Below are positions 47,137-56,648 of a stretch of 64,000 nt of DNA, piece by piece. A program made the position numbers and the translations under genes. The notes beneath the pieces are model-generated. The model was not told where the DNA came from. It saw only the letters and a list, made by a program, of their open reading frames with translations, and made no database searches. The stretch spans positions 21,548 to 85,547 of the forward strand of contig JALNYH010000002.1 in assembly GCA_023229945.1 (NCBI GenBank), read 5' to 3'. Each line of letters starts with the position of its first letter. The first letter of the stretch is position 1. This stretch comes from Arcobacteraceae bacterium (GTDB lineage: Bacteria > Campylobacterota > Campylobacteria > Campylobacterales > Arcobacteraceae).

Positions 47137-49217
47137 TAAGCACCTAAAATCTCCTCATCACACTTCGGACAATACTCATGCTCACCACTTATATACCCAT
47201 GCACTGGACACACACTAAAAAGTGGAGTGATAGTCACATAAGGAAGTCTGAAATTTGTAATAACAGATTTCAAAAACTCCCTACAGCTATCACCACTTTC
47301 TAGTTTTTCATTCATATAAAGGTGAAGTACAGTTCCCCCTGTATATTTGCACTGCAAATCATCTTGATGAAGAAGTGCAGCAAATGGATCAGCAGAAAAA
47401 TCCACTTGAAGTTGAGATGAGTTGGTATAATATATATTTTCCCCCATTCCAGCTTGCAAAATATCTGGATATCTTTTGATATCTTCTTTTGCAAAACGAT
47501 AAGTAGTTCCTTCAGCTGGTGTTGCTTCAAGATTATACAAGTTTCCAGTTTGTTCTTGATAGCTAGTCATTAGCTCTCGTATAAAGTCCAAAATCTCCAA
47601 AGAGAGTTGTTTCCCAAATTCACTAGCAATATCATGCTTATCACTTGTAAAATTTCTCACCATTTCATTAAGCCCATTTACTCCAATAGTAGAGAAGTGA
47701 TTATTGAAGTTTTTTAGATACCTTTTCGTATATGGATAAAGTCCTCTATCAAACATTGTATTGACAAAAACTCTTTTCTTTTCCAAAGTCTCTTGAGCAA
47801 TATCGCAAAGTTCCTTGACTCTTAGCAACAGCTTCTTTTTATCCCCACTATAAAGATACCCAAGTCTTGCCATATTAAGTGTCACCACACCAATACTTCC
47901 AGTCATCTCAGCACTCCCAAAAAGCCCACCACCTCGCTTTAGAAGCTCTCTCAAATCAAGCTGAAGCCTACAACACATACTTCTTACATGACCTGGTTTA
48001 TAAGCATTTGGATTTTCACAAAGATTTCCAAATTCATCTTTTGTATATTGACTACCTATAAAGTTTTGGAAATAACTAGAACCTATTTTTGCACTATTTT
48101 CAAACAACACATCAGTATTTTCACCATACCAATCAAAATCTTCTGTGATATTTACCGTAGGAATCGGGAAAGTAAAAGGTTGTCCATTTTGGTCACCTTC
48201 TGTCATCACCTCATAATATGCTTTATTGATTAGATTCATCTCTTTTTGAAAATATTTATAAGTCATATCACTTAGATTTGATACCCCTCTAGCTCTTGCT
48301 TCTTCAATCAAATCATCATCGCTCACACCACTTAATAAATGTCTTTGATTTTTAGTAGGAATTTGGTCTTTTAGGTCACTTGGTACAGTCCAATCAATTG
48401 TCACATTTGTAAAAGGACTCTGACCCCAACGAGCAGGAACATTTAGATTATAAATAAAACTCCGAACTGCCTTTTTGACATCATTATATTCAAGCTTATC
48501 TTTGAAAACATAAGGAGCTAGATATGTATCAAAAGAGCTAAAAGCCTGAGCTCCAGCCCATTCACTTTGAAGTATCCCCAAAAAGTTTGCCATCTGACCA
48601 AGAGCCTCCCTAAAATGGCTCGGAGCTGAGCTTTCAACCCTACCTCTTATACCATTGAACCCCTCATCAAGAAGCACTCTCAAACTCCACCCAGCACAAT
48701 ATCCTGTTAGACAATCAAGGTCATGTATATGAATATCCCCATTTCTATGGGCGTATCCTTGAGTTTTGGTGTATATTTTATCAAGCCAATAGTTTGCTAT
48801 TAGTTTTCCAGCTAGATTATTGACAAGCCCAGCATTAGAATATCCAGTATTTGCATTGGCATTTATTCTCCAATCAGATTTGTTTATATATTCTTCTATA
48901 GAGCTTGTAGAGTTTACATAAGTAGTATCTTCATTAAGCCCCAAGATATGTTCTCTTTGCATCTTATGCAAGAATCTATATGTGATAAAAGATTTTGCCA
49001 CATCAAAATATTTAGCTTCAAAAAGTCTTTTTTCGATTGTATCTTGTATCTCTTCTACAGTTTGAAGATTGTTTTTTTCAATATCACCCATAACTTGTTT
49101 GAATATTTGTCCATCATATCTTGATATCACACTATCAAATGCCTTTTTTATAGCATCTTCTATCTTGAAAGCACGAAATTCTTCTTTACTTCCATCTCTT
49201 TTAAATATAAATTGCAT
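47136..49217 (-). CDS. nrdD: anaerobic ribonucleoside-triphosphate reductase NrdD, large fragment lacking the glycyl-radical domain
   Basis: Start at MQFIFKRDG (ATG 49217, GAGGG RBS). ATP-cone, class III RNR core, ends just after the Zn-ribbon CPVHGYISGEHEYCPKC. The stop TAG is formed at the edge of the heptad repeat. Confidence 0.85.
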   Translation of the reverse strand: MQFIFKRDGSKEEFRAFKIEDAIKKAFDSVISRYDGQIFKQVMGDIEKNNLQTVEEIQDTIEKRLFEAKYFDVAKSFITYRFLHKMQREHILGLNEDTTYVNSTSSIEEYINKSDWRINANANTGYSNAGLVNNLAGKLIANYWLDKIYTKTQGYAHRNGDIHIHDLDCLTGYCAGWSLRVLLDEGFNGIRGRVESSAPSHFREALGQMANFLGILQSEWAGAQAFSSFDTYLAPYVFKDKLEYNDVKKAVRSFIYNLNVPARWGQSPFTNVTIDWTVPSDLKDQIPTKNQRHLLSGVSDDDLIEEARARGVSNLSDMTYKYFQKEMNLINKAYYEVMTEGDQNGQPFTFPIPTVNITEDFDWYGENTDVLFENSAKIGSSYFQNFIGSQYTKDEFGNLCENPNAYKPGHVRSMCCRLQLDLRELLKRGGGLFGSAEMTGSIGVVTLNMARLGYLYSGDKKKLLLRVKELCDIAQETLEKKRVFVNTMFDRGLYPYTKRYLKNFNNHFSTIGVNGLNEMVRNFTSDKHDIASEFGKQLSLEILDFIRELMTSYQEQTGNLYNLEATPAEGTTYRFAKEDIKRYPDILQAGMGENIYYTNSSQLQVDFSADPFAALLHQDDLQCKYTGGTVLHLYMNEKLESGDSCREFLKSVITNFRLPYVTITPLFSVCPVHGYISGEHEYCPKCDEEILGA

Positions 49218-49273
49218 AATCACACCCTCAAAAATCGTTTTGTGTATATTAGCAAAAAGGGAAAAGGATTGTC

Positions 49274-49287
49274 TTGACTTTTGTCAA
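49274..49287 (-). promoter_or_regulatory. FNR/DNR-type box TTGAC-TTTT-GTCAA (nrdD promoter)
   Basis: Centre 49280.5. Minus-strand TGcTAATAT (rc of 49246..49254), hexamer 29.5 nt from the centre. Confidence 0.7.
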
Positions 49288-49295
49288 ATCAAAAG

Positions 49296-49317
49296 AGCCC
49301 AAGCTTAAACTTGGGCT
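49296..49317 (-). terminator. intrinsic terminator of the TsdA-like gene
   Basis: agcccaag / cttgggct 8-bp stem, 6-nt loop, followed on the minus strand by CTTTTGATTT. Confidence 0.65.
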
Positions 49318-49327
49318 ATAGAGAAGA

Positions 49328-50314
49328 TTAATTTTTTATAATATTGCCATATGGACCGAATTTATGAGTAGTTTCACTCTCTTTATCCATATATGGTCCT
49401 TTTGGTACATCAGCAGCTTTTACCCTTACATCAGAAAAATCAGAACTTCTATTGATTTTTTCTGGTCTATAATGAGAATCCAGATTCATAAATGCAGCCA
49501 CATCATAAGCCTCAGCATCTGTTAAAATTGGATGTTCATTTGTAGCACCTAAAGGCATATTGCTTTTTATAAAATCAGCTGCTTTTAAAAGTCTAAACAT
49601 TCCAGCACCTCTATTATAGCTATCTTCTCCCCAAAGTGGTGGATACATATATCCATTTGCAAGTCCTTCATTTTTTATACCCTCACCATTAGCACCATGA
49701 CAAGCCACGCAATGCACTTCATACACTTTTTCACCTGCTTTTGGGTCAGCTGCTCTTTGTTTTACCATTTTTCTATCAATTTTAGCCAAACCTCTACCTT
49801 CCATCTTAGCACCACCTACAGGAACTCCTTGGCTTAACCAATGAATATAAGCTTCAAATGCTTTCATCTCTTTAGAGTTTGGTGGTAGTGGATAGCCATT
49901 CATACTTCTTTGCATACATCCATTTACTCTTTCACTAAGAGTTCCTATAGTATCTTCTCTTGGTCTATATTGTGGAAATTCTGCTGCAGTACCAACAAAA
50001 GGTGCTGAATAAGCTTTTGTTCCAGCATCAAGGTGACAACTTTGACATGAAAGATTATTCCCTGCAAATCTCATTTTAGGATCTTCAACTTCAGGTCCAA
50101 TATATTTAAATGTATTTACAGTTAGCTCTTTACCATATTTTACCAAATCACCATATTGGTTGTTTGGAATAGTGCTTTCATCTGGTATTTTGTACTCCAT
50201 TGTAGGTTTTTTAATACCTTTGTCACTTCTTTTTGCAAGTTCTTTTAAATCTATTGCAAAAAGTGTTGTCACACACACAGCAGCTGCAGTTGATAGTAAT
50301 ATTACTTTTTTCAT
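49328..50314 (-). CDS. di-heme cytochrome c, TsdA-like (thiosulfate dehydrogenase / tetrathionate reductase family)
   Basis: 328 aa. Signal peptide, CQSCH and CVACH, RVNGCMQRSMNG...EMKAFEAYIHWLS pattern. Confidence 0.6.
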   Translation of the reverse strand: MKKVILLSTAAAVCVTTLFAIDLKELAKRSDKGIKKPTMEYKIPDESTIPNNQYGDLVKYGKELTVNTFKYIGPEVEDPKMRFAGNNLSCQSCHLDAGTKAYSAPFVGTAAEFPQYRPREDTIGTLSERVNGCMQRSMNGYPLPPNSKEMKAFEAYIHWLSQGVPVGGAKMEGRGLAKIDRKMVKQRAADPKAGEKVYEVHCVACHGANGEGIKNEGLANGYMYPPLWGEDSYNRGAGMFRLLKAADFIKSNMPLGATNEHPILTDAEAYDVAAFMNLDSHYRPEKINRSSDFSDVRVKAADVPKGPYMDKESETTHKFGPYGNIIKN

Positions 50315-50401
50315 ATTTGACTCCTCTTTTATGATTTGTCAAATTATACAAATACAAAGTAAATTGAAAGTAATTTTTAAAAAGTTTCTTTTAAGTATTA
50401 T

Positions 50402-51544
50402 TTAAGATTTGAAGCTATACAAGAAAGTAGAGCCTTGTGATACTTGTGTTTGTACTTTTATATCTACTTCGTTTTTGTCACATATAGCTTTTACTATACT
50501 AAGCCCCAGTCCAAAGCCCCCTTTGATGGAGTCTTCTTTGACATACCTTCTAAATATAGCCACTTTATCTTTTATCCCTATTCCAAAATCTTGTACACTA
50601 AATACTATTTCTTGAGAGTTTTGGCTCAGTTTTACGATTACTTCACCTTTTTTGTGAGAATATTTAATAGCATTTGATATGGTATTATCTACTATCCTTT
50701 GAAGCTCTATTTTATTGAAATTTATTACTATATCTTTATCAATATTTGAGAGGATAACTATCTCTTTTGTATATGCAACATCTTCAAAAAACTCTATCCT
50801 TTGCTGTAAAAACATAGAAAAATCTATCTCTTCTTTTAAATACTCTACCCTTTTGTGTTTGATAAGATATTCTATATCATCATATATAGTATTAAGCCCT
50901 TTTACACCATTTAAAGCTCTTCTTATCTCTTTAGTTTTGCCTATTTTTTCTTCAAGCATCTCAAGATTTATACTGATTACCCCAAGCGGAGTTTTCAGCT
51001 CGTGCATAGCATCATTGAAAAACCTATCAAGATACCTATTTGCTTTTTGCAAAGGCTCAATAGTAGCTTTGAAAACAAAATAAAGGGAAATAAATACAAA
51101 AAGTATCAAAGTCAAACATATGATATATATTTTTATCAATATTTCTTGGTCTTGAAACTCTTTTGAAACCACCAAATACTCACCTTCTAGTCTATTTGGT
51201 ATAAGATGAGATATCTGATAAAACTTACCATCTTTAAAATATTCAAACCTTTCAAAACTAACTTTTTCTTGTTTATTTGTGCCAAAAATTAGCTTTTTAC
51301 TCTTATCATATATAAAATAGTCATAATTGAAAGATAAAGGCAGTTGATGAAGTTGCTCTTTATTTATACTAGCAATTTTCTTTTCCAATATCAATATATA
51401 ATTAACAAGTTCTAGTTTTTGATTGGTTGTATATTTATCATATTCACTTTGAAGATAAAAATAAGTAGGCACTCCAATAAGCAACAAAATAAATAAAGAG
51501 TAAAGAAAAGTAGTCTTTAATATATAATTATTTGCTTTTAACAA
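50402..51544 (-). CDS. sensor histidine kinase
   Basis: 380 aa, two TM. H-box HELKTPL, G-box GFGLGLSIV. Confidence 0.85.
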   Translation of the reverse strand: MLKANNYILKTTFLYSLFILLLIGVPTYFYLQSEYDKYTTNQKLELVNYILILEKKIASINKEQLHQLPLSFNYDYFIYDKSKKLIFGTNKQEKVSFERFEYFKDGKFYQISHLIPNRLEGEYLVVSKEFQDQEILIKIYIICLTLILFVFISLYFVFKATIEPLQKANRYLDRFFNDAMHELKTPLGVISINLEMLEEKIGKTKEIRRALNGVKGLNTIYDDIEYLIKHKRVEYLKEEIDFSMFLQQRIEFFEDVAYTKEIVILSNIDKDIVINFNKIELQRIVDNTISNAIKYSHKKGEVIVKLSQNSQEIVFSVQDFGIGIKDKVAIFRRYVKEDSIKGGFGLGLSIVKAICDKNEVDIKVQTQVSQGSTFLYSFKS

Positions 51545-52196
51545 CTCTATACCCTACCCCACGCTGTGATACTATGAAATCTTTTGAAGTTTTTTTTCGT
51601 ATATTCTTGATGCACATTCTCACATCTACATCATTTACATAGCTATCATTCCAAACCTCATCTTTTATCCTATCTATTGATACATAATTATTGATATTTG
51701 ATACTAGAAGCAAAACTAGCTGTTTTTCTTTATTGGTCAAATCCACTACAATATCTGAGTTGTCATATAAAAGCTCATTTTTCACATCATAGCTATACCC
51801 CTCAAAAAGCAAAACTTTATCACTATTTGTATGAAAATAATAAAGTTTCAATATCTGCTCTACTCTGTATTTCAGCTCTTTGAGTGCAAAAGGTTTTTTT
51901 ATATAATCACTACATCCAAGCTCATAGCCAATACTAAGATTGTTTATATCAGTCAATGATGTTATGAAAATCACAGGTGTATCTTTGTTATCAGCTTTTA
52001 GCTTTTTCATCAGCTCATATCCATCAAGCCCAGGTACTCTAATATCTAGTAACAACAAATGATAAGATTTCTCATATATGGCATAATAAGCATCCATCCC
52101 ATCTTCAAAAGCATCTACTTGATACCCCAAAGATTCCAAATACTCTTTTATACTTTGATTGTATGCCACATCATCTTCAAGTAAAAGGATTTTCAT
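51528..52196 (-). CDS. OmpR-family response regulator
   Basis: 222 aa. ILLLEDD...LLLDIRVPGLDG receiver and a winged-helix C-terminus (GVGYRV). Confidence 0.88.
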   Translation of the reverse strand: MKILLLEDDVAYNQSIKEYLESLGYQVDAFEDGMDAYYAIYEKSYHLLLLDIRVPGLDGYELMKKLKADNKDTPVIFITSLTDINNLSIGYELGCSDYIKKPFALKELKYRVEQILKLYYFHTNSDKVLLFEGYSYDVKNELLYDNSDIVVDLTNKEKQLVLLLVSNINNYVSIDRIKDEVWNDSYVNDVDVRMCIKNIRKKTSKDFIVSQRGVGYRVVKSK

Positions 52197-53062
52197 TTTA
52201 TCCCCTTTTTCTCAAGATTTATAGGTAGATTGGAATTTGTAGCAGTTATTATATATCCCAAATGTACATTATCCAAATCATAAATACTAAAATACCCAAA
52301 TGAGATATGATTATTTACCACATACCCATATTCTCCAAGATTATCAATATCCACATTTTCCAAACTATTCAAAAGAGTCAAATTATCAACCACATTACAA
52401 ACTACAAAATTCTTAATCTTCTTATTAGTCACCAAATCTGTTGCAATAGACAAAAACTCATCATCCAACAAAACAAAAAGTTCATATCCTCTTTGTTGTA
52501 AAATAAAAGACAATGTTTCAAACTCAGTGATAACTTCTATAGAACCAATAAACTCTTTATTATCCAAAATAGGCACTATTGCTTTGATATTCAGTCTTTT
52601 TCCAAGCTCTATAGATGCTATAGGTTTTTTGGTATTTTTTGCCACCACCAAACCTTTTCTAAAACTCTCCAAAGGCTCTCCACTAAGCTCAAAATTCCAG
52701 CTTCTTATATAAGTATTAAGTTTTTTATCATGTATTTGTATTCTAAATTTATCTGGTTGGACAAAAGAGAGCTGTTCAAGCTTTGTTTGAATTATTTCAT
52801 AAGCTTTTTTTCTATCGTTTTTTTGAAATGCGTCTAGGAATTCTTTATCCCCACCAAGCAATATAGCAAATGAAAGTGCTTGTTTTTTCTCTTCTTCAAG
52901 TAGATTTTTTGCCATCAACAAGGCATTTTCAAGATTATTGATTACCAACTTTTCTTTTTCTATATTGTTTAGATTATAAAACAAATATACCAAGACAATT
53001 GTTATCAAAACTATAAAACCAAAAGTGATTTGTTTAAGATTTATCATAAGAAATTGTAACAT
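52193..53062 (-). CDS. membrane-anchored periplasmic Cache/PDC-like sensor protein co-transcribed with the RR/HK
   Basis: 289 aa. One N-terminal TM, then an alpha/beta sensor-like domain. Overlaps the RR start. Confidence 0.5.
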   Translation of the reverse strand: MLQFLMINLKQITFGFIVLITIVLVYLFYNLNNIEKEKLVINNLENALLMAKNLLEEEKKQALSFAILLGGDKEFLDAFQKNDRKKAYEIIQTKLEQLSFVQPDKFRIQIHDKKLNTYIRSWNFELSGEPLESFRKGLVVAKNTKKPIASIELGKRLNIKAIVPILDNKEFIGSIEVITEFETLSFILQQRGYELFVLLDDEFLSIATDLVTNKKIKNFVVCNVVDNLTLLNSLENVDIDNLGEYGYVVNNHISFGYFSIYDLDNVHLGYIITATNSNLPINLEKKGIK

Positions 53063-53165
53063 ATAGTTACTTCACAACTCTTCAAATAAAACAAAAAATA
53101 TTATTCTTATCATACTTTTGCATTATTTAGGTAAAATATAAGAAATATATATTAGGTTTTATAAT

Positions 53166-54002
53166 ATGAGCAAACAACATTTAAAAGAATTCATAGGTTT
53201 TGGAATAGCAGGCAATTTTGCACATCATCTTGACCAAGCAGGTGAAGCAATAGACTTTATAGATATCAAAACAGAAGAAGAAAATGCTCCAAAAGGGATA
53301 TTTCCTTTTTATTTACCTCACAGTGAGAGTTTTTTGGGTACATATCCACTATCTTCTCAGGAGTTAATATCTCCAGTAGGAATCGATGGCAACTTACAGC
53401 TTGAACCTGAAATGGCACTAATTGGTGAGATTATTTATGATGATAAAATACAAGTTAGTGATTTGAAATTCAATTTTTTCACAGCTTATAATGATTGTTC
53501 TATCAGAAAAGAGGGAGCAAAAAAAATAAGTGAAAAGAAAAACTGGGGAGAAAATACCAAAGGAATTTCTAGCCAAATCATAGAACTAGACCGTTTTGAA
53601 AAAGGTGGCAAACTTGATAGTTACCATATAGCATCATTTATGAAGCGTGATGGAGTAGTACATGAATACGGAGAAGATAGCCCAGTGATTACTTACAACT
53701 ACTTTTATGGCAAATTAAAAACTTGGATTATAAACAAACTAAACACCCAACAAAACGAAGGTCCACTAGAAGATTTGAGCTTGCACCTCAAAAACTCATC
53801 TTACCCAAAAGGATTTGTGATAAGTGTAGGAGCTACTAGCTATACAAGCTTTGGTGAAAGTACATTTTTACAAGCTGGTGATGAAGTTTTTGTATATGTT
53901 TATGACTCACAGTTTTACACACCAAGCGATATCTTCTATCTTGCAAAAAATAGTATTATAGATATTCCAAACAGCTCTACATTACATCAAGTGATAATCT
54001 AA
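53166..54002 (+). CDS. hypothetical protein (possible FAH-fold)
   Basis: 278 aa, soluble. Weak resemblance (EPEMALIGEI, NDCSIR) to fumarylacetoacetate-hydrolase-fold proteins. Confidence 0.3.
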   Translation: MSKQHLKEFIGFGIAGNFAHHLDQAGEAIDFIDIKTEEENAPKGIFPFYLPHSESFLGTYPLSSQELISPVGIDGNLQLEPEMALIGEIIYDDKIQVSDLKFNFFTAYNDCSIRKEGAKKISEKKNWGENTKGISSQIIELDRFEKGGKLDSYHIASFMKRDGVVHEYGEDSPVITYNYFYGKLKTWIINKLNTQQNEGPLEDLSLHLKNSSYPKGFVISVGATSYTSFGESTFLQAGDEVFVYVYDSQFYTPSDIFYLAKNSIIDIPNSSTLHQVII

Positions 54003-54011
54003 TTTTAGAAT

Positions 54012-54035
54012 CCTTTGGGTATAATAACCCAAAGG
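54012..54035 (+). promoter_or_regulatory. 9-bp perfect hairpin overlapping the RBS of the third Crp/Fnr gene
   Basis: cctttgggt-ataata-acccaaagg. The right arm contains the AAAGG Shine-Dalgarno for ATG 54036/54042. Confidence 0.5.
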
Positions 54036-54041
54036 ATGTAT

Positions 54042-54668
54042 ATGTACAAAATTCTCAAACAAATTGATTTCTTCGCAAACTTTAGTGATGAAGATTTTGC
54101 AAAACTAGAACAACATATAAGTTTCAAAAAATACAATCAAGATAATATCGTATTTTACGAATCAGATACCCCAAAATATTTTTATATACTAATAAGTGGA
54201 GAAGTAAACGCCACCAAATCAAACTTCAAAAACAATCCAGTTTTGATAAATACATTTAGAGCTGTATCTTTTATAGCAGAAATGGCAGTAATAGAAAACA
54301 TCCCTTTCCCTGCAACTGCCACTTGTGCCAATGAATGTGAAATCATCCAAATCACAAAAGAACCATTACTAGATTTAATAAAATCAGATACAAATATAGC
54401 CTTTGGTATCATCAAATCCCTCACCAAAAAGATAAAAACCCTAGAACATACCATAAATATAAATATATTATTTGATGCCACCCAAAAAGTTATGTCCCAC
54501 ATACTAAACAACCCCGACTCCCTAAAAACATCAAAACACACCCACATAGCAAAAATCCTAAACACCACTCCAGAAACCCTATCAAGAACAATAAAAAAAC
54601 TAAAAGACCAAAACATAATAGACGACAACTACAATGTTGATATTGAGAAATTAAAGATGTTGATATAA
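54042..54668 (+). CDS. Crp/Fnr-family transcriptional regulator (third paralogue)
   Basis: Start at MYKILKQIDFF (ATG 54042; 54036 also possible). HTH with PETLSR. No FNR Cys cluster. Confidence 0.8.
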   Translation: MYKILKQIDFFANFSDEDFAKLEQHISFKKYNQDNIVFYESDTPKYFYILISGEVNATKSNFKNNPVLINTFRAVSFIAEMAVIENIPFPATATCANECEIIQITKEPLLDLIKSDTNIAFGIIKSLTKKIKTLEHTININILFDATQKVMSHILNNPDSLKTSKHTHIAKILNTTPETLSRTIKKLKDQNIIDDNYNVDIEKLKMLI

Positions 54669-54747
54669 AACCAAAACAATAATTTTTGTCTTTATTAAGT
54701 AATATTATGATATAAATTAAAATTACTTTTACAAAAGAGGTAGCATA

Positions 54748-55734
54748 ATGCAAAATAAAATAGAATTATTCCAATCATCAAATGGAATGATAGAATTTAA
54801 AAGTGATAGTGAACACGAAACTATTTGGGCAAGCTTAGACCAAATTGCACAGCTTTTTGGAAGAGACAAATCAGGTATTTCACGACATATCAAAAATATT
54901 TTTAAAAGTGGTGAGTTAGATGAGTTTTCAACTGTTGCAAAAATTGCAACAGCTCAAACAGAGGGTAAAAGAGAAGTTGTGAGAGAAATTGAATATTTCA
55001 ATCTTGATATGATTTTATCGATTGGATATAGAGTTGATTCAAAAGAAGCGACACACTTTCGTAAATGGGCGACATCTGTCCTCAAAAAATACCTCACAGA
55101 TGGATATGCCATAAATGAATCAAAAATATCACAAACCAAAACAATACTTCAAAACCTAAAGCAAACAATAGAGTTTTTGACCACTAAACAAATAGGTGAA
55201 GAAAAAGAGATACTTTCCTTACTTCAAAACTACACCAAAACTCTTTCACTACTTGAGAGTTATGATAAAGCAAATATTGAAGATTTTGATGGAAGAACTA
55301 CAGCTTATGAGCTCACTTACGATGAAGTGAAAAATGTATTAGCACAACTCAAAAATAGTCTCATCACGAAAAAAGAAGCAACAGAACTTTTTGCAAATGA
55401 AAAGGATGACCAATTAGCTGGAATCATAGGGAACCTTTACCAAACATTCGCAGGAGTAGAACTATACCCAAGCATAGAAGACAAGGCTTCAAATCTACTA
55501 TATTTTATCATCAAAGACCATCCTTTTAATGACGGCAACAAAAGAAGTGCAAGTTTCTTGTTTGTTTATTTTCTTGATAAGTGCGATTACCTCTACAAAG
55601 AAAATGGTGAAAAAAAGATAAATGACAATGCTTTGACTACATTAACCCTACTTGTAGCATCAAGTGATCCAAAGGAAAAAGATATTTTGATAAAACTCAT
55701 CAAACATCTGATTTTTGAAAAAGAGGTTATCTAA
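54748..55734 (+). CDS. RhuM-like N-domain + Fic/DOC domain protein
   Basis: 328 aa. Fic core motif HPFNDGNKRSA. N-terminal region typical of RhuM-type virulence-protein annotations. Confidence 0.7.
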   Translation: MQNKIELFQSSNGMIEFKSDSEHETIWASLDQIAQLFGRDKSGISRHIKNIFKSGELDEFSTVAKIATAQTEGKREVVREIEYFNLDMILSIGYRVDSKEATHFRKWATSVLKKYLTDGYAINESKISQTKTILQNLKQTIEFLTTKQIGEEKEILSLLQNYTKTLSLLESYDKANIEDFDGRTTAYELTYDEVKNVLAQLKNSLITKKEATELFANEKDDQLAGIIGNLYQTFAGVELYPSIEDKASNLLYFIIKDHPFNDGNKRSASFLFVYFLDKCDYLYKENGEKKINDNALTTLTLLVASSDPKEKDILIKLIKHLIFEKEVI

Positions 55735-55800
55735 AATATGGTCTTTTGCATATTTGTTTGAAGTAACTCAGCATACATATTGTCCTAATTTCACCGTATA

Positions 55801-55814
55801 TTGATATAAATCAA
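55801..55814 (+). promoter_or_regulatory. FNR/DNR-type box TTGAT-ATAA-ATCAA (hemerythrin operon)
   Basis: Centre 55807.5. TAAACT at 55837..55842, 29.5 nt from the centre. Confidence 0.7.
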
Positions 55815-55866
55815 TGAAAAAACCTAAAAAAGAGTATAAACTTACACAAAAAATACGGAGAATCTT

Positions 55867-56295
55867 ATGACAATCAATACTTTTATGACAGGTGAACACA
55901 GAAGATGTGATGAAAATTTTGCAAATTTGGAAAGTGTTATCGATAGTGGTGATTTTGAAAATGCAAAAAAAGTTTTTGAAGAATTTAAAAATGATATGCT
56001 AACACATTTCAAACAAGAAGAAAGCGTAATGTTTGCAGAGTTTAATTCATGTAGTGGTGGAGGATGTAATCCTACAAGTGTAATGCTTGCCGAACACGAC
56101 CAAATAAGAATTACTCTAGATCAAATCAAAACAGCCCTTGAAAATAGTGACAAAAATAGAGCATTAGGACTTTGTGAAAATTTACTTTTTATTATGCAAC
56201 AACACAATATGAAAGAAGAGCAAATTATGTACAACCTTGCAGATAATACACTAGATTCAGATGATATTATAGAAAAAATGAAATTAGTTTCGTAA
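55867..56295 (+). CDS. hemerythrin-like (HHE cation-binding) protein
   Basis: 142 aa. H/E pairs in HFKQEE, EHDQI and QHNMKEEQI. Confidence 0.75.
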   Translation: MTINTFMTGEHRRCDENFANLESVIDSGDFENAKKVFEEFKNDMLTHFKQEESVMFAEFNSCSGGGCNPTSVMLAEHDQIRITLDQIKTALENSDKNRALGLCENLLFIMQQHNMKEEQIMYNLADNTLDSDDIIEKMKLVS

Positions 56296-56384
56296 TTAGT
56301 TATTGGTATATTAGTAATTGGGAAGAATAAAATCCTACCAATATACTAATACACTAATATACCAATTACCAAAAAGGTAACACA

Positions 56385-56612
56385 ATGTTTGAAAATATGA
56401 CCCAAATAACCGTTGATGTAAGCGAAGATGAAGCACCTATTCCTTTACAAAAGGCTATTAATTCACTCTCATCTATCAATCCATCAACATATGTGAAATT
56501 CATCCATCGTATGAGACCATGTATGCTATTTGATGTATTAGACAAAGGTGGGTATTCTTATGAGATAGATGATAGTGGTGAACAATTTATAGTTTATATT
56601 TATAGGAAGTGA
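56385..56612 (+). CDS. DUF2249-like small protein
   Basis: 75 aa. DEAPIPLQKAINSL...FIHRMRPCMLFDVLDKGGY pattern. Confidence 0.6.
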   Translation: MFENMTQITVDVSEDEAPIPLQKAINSLSSINPSTYVKFIHRMRPCMLFDVLDKGGYSYEIDDSGEQFIVYIYRK

Positions 56613-56648
56613 CTGAGGTACTCATCAGCTCTAAAAAAAAGGATTCCA

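Noticed and set aside
46998-47138. Translational bypass (T4 gene 60-like hop) or read-through joining the two nrdD pieces
   Set aside because: The gap is in frame but holds five stop codons. The downstream piece has its own strong AAGGAG RBS and ATG, and I saw no matched take-off/landing codon pair. Independent initiation is the simpler reading, though it remains untested.
50329-50342. ttatgatttgtcaa as an FNR-type box for the TsdA-like gene
   Set aside because: Only the right half-site fits, and it lies 15-28 nt from the ATG at 50314, too close for the class II geometry used elsewhere.
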